25,842 bases of DNA from a virus (taxonomy: Duplodnaviria > Caudoviricetes), in IMG/VR virus record IMGVR_UViG_3300040985_002232, positions 1 to 25,842 of that record; one strand, written 5' to 3'. Under the pieces are notes generated by a model. The model had not been told where the DNA came from, did no database searches, and worked only from the letters and a program-made list of their open reading frames with translations. This document shows, piece by piece, positions 25,324 through 25,842 of this stretch; within the stretch, counting starts at the first letter, position 1, and each line of letters begins with the position of its first letter. Both the position numbers and the translations under genes were made by a program.

Positions 25324-25842
25324 TCATATTGACATCGCAAGCGTCAACAATAAATAGTTGTCTGGAGTGATAAGCGTCGCATTTTCCAAGCATTTCTGGA
25401 ATTGTTCCTTTTTCATCGAGCCAACATCCTCGTTGTCGCCGATATTTACCTTCCAAACCTCAATATCAAAATTCAGTAGAGTCTTTATAATCTCCAGCTC
25501 TTTCTTTGTTGCGTCCGGATCGAGGGCAATGTAGACACCGGCATCCTCTTTCACGATCCTGCGGAGCAAAAGCGAGTGTTCGTTTAGAGTAGAACCTAGG
25601 ATAGGAACCGAGTTACGGCCAGCAATAATCGCATCAAATACCCCTTCGACCAATATAATGTTCGAACTCCAATCCACAAACAAATCATTAAATACAATGT
25701 TCTTGCTTGCTGGAGGGTTCTTGTACTTCGGATAAAAGGCTTTATCATAGGACCGTGATATAAAGTAGTTCAGATCACCGTCTTCGTCAAAGGATGGAAT
25801 GATTATTCTTCCCTCATAATCTCCGGAACAACAATAGCCCAT
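25324..25842 (-). CDS. DNA primase (TOPRIM domain), C-terminal part; 5' end probably outside the window
   Basis: RIIIP...G.L.YF..R, KYKNP, LVEGVFDAI and ALDPDA (DxD) motifs of DnaG/T4 gp61-type primases. Confidence 0.88.
   Translation of the reverse strand: MGYCCSGDYEGRIIIPSFDEDGDLNYFISRSYDKAFYPKYKNPPASKNIVFNDLFVDWSSNIILVEGVFDAIIAGRNSVPILGSTLNEHSLLLRRIVKEDAGVYIALDPDATKKELEIIKTLLNFDIEVWKVNIGDNEDVGSMKKEQFQKCLENATLITPDNYLLLTLAMSI
25350..25357 (-). promoter_or_regulatory. Candidate late-promoter motif CTATTTAT inside the primase 3' end
   Basis: Exact octamer 29 nt upstream of ATG 25320, the first ORF of the array. Confidence 0.5.

Noticed and set aside
25232-25456. 74-aa minus-strand ORF overlapping primase
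   Set aside because: Mostly inside primase in another frame; the 43-aa ORF 25189..25320 fills the gap better, although a short ATGA-coupled version cannot be excluded.
1-25842. Stop-codon reassignment, introns/inteins, tRNA or rRNA genes
   Set aside because: Core genes are intact in the standard code with TAA, TAG and TGA all used as stops; terminase, portal and protease show no insertions; no cloverleaf or rRNA-like sequence seen in the short intergenic gaps.

Overview
A 25.8 kb segment of a large, distantly T4-like tailed dsDNA phage; no cellular housekeeping context is visible. All genes but one are on the minus strand. In transcription order (right to left): 3' end of a TOPRIM DNA primase; a tightly coupled array of 8 small ORFs, most starting with a shared MKI(S/T)KxRLKEIIKEEL leader that is also repeated at the DNA level; a single-chain SbcD-SbcC (Mre11-Rad50) fusion with its own sigma70-like promoter; a lone plus-strand J-domain (HPD) gene; three small membrane proteins (lysis-like); large terminase; gp20-like portal; several hypotheticals; gp21-like prohead protease; a phage-encoded ribosomal protein bS21; a gp14-like neck protein fused to fibre repeats; three more paralogous fibre-like proteins; and the 5' part of an acidic scaffold-like gene. 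The most notable signal is a family of about 12 genes that share a short basic-then-acidic N-terminal leader ending in (I/L/V)-x-E and carry unrelated cargo, which I interpret as a modular capsid-targeting (internal protein) system. A recurring upstream motif, CTATTTAT, resembles an inverted T4 late promoter. Four ORFs absent from the supplied track were found by hand (1..576, 663..773, 10981..11079, 25189..25320). All family assignments come from motif recognition by eye, not database searches.
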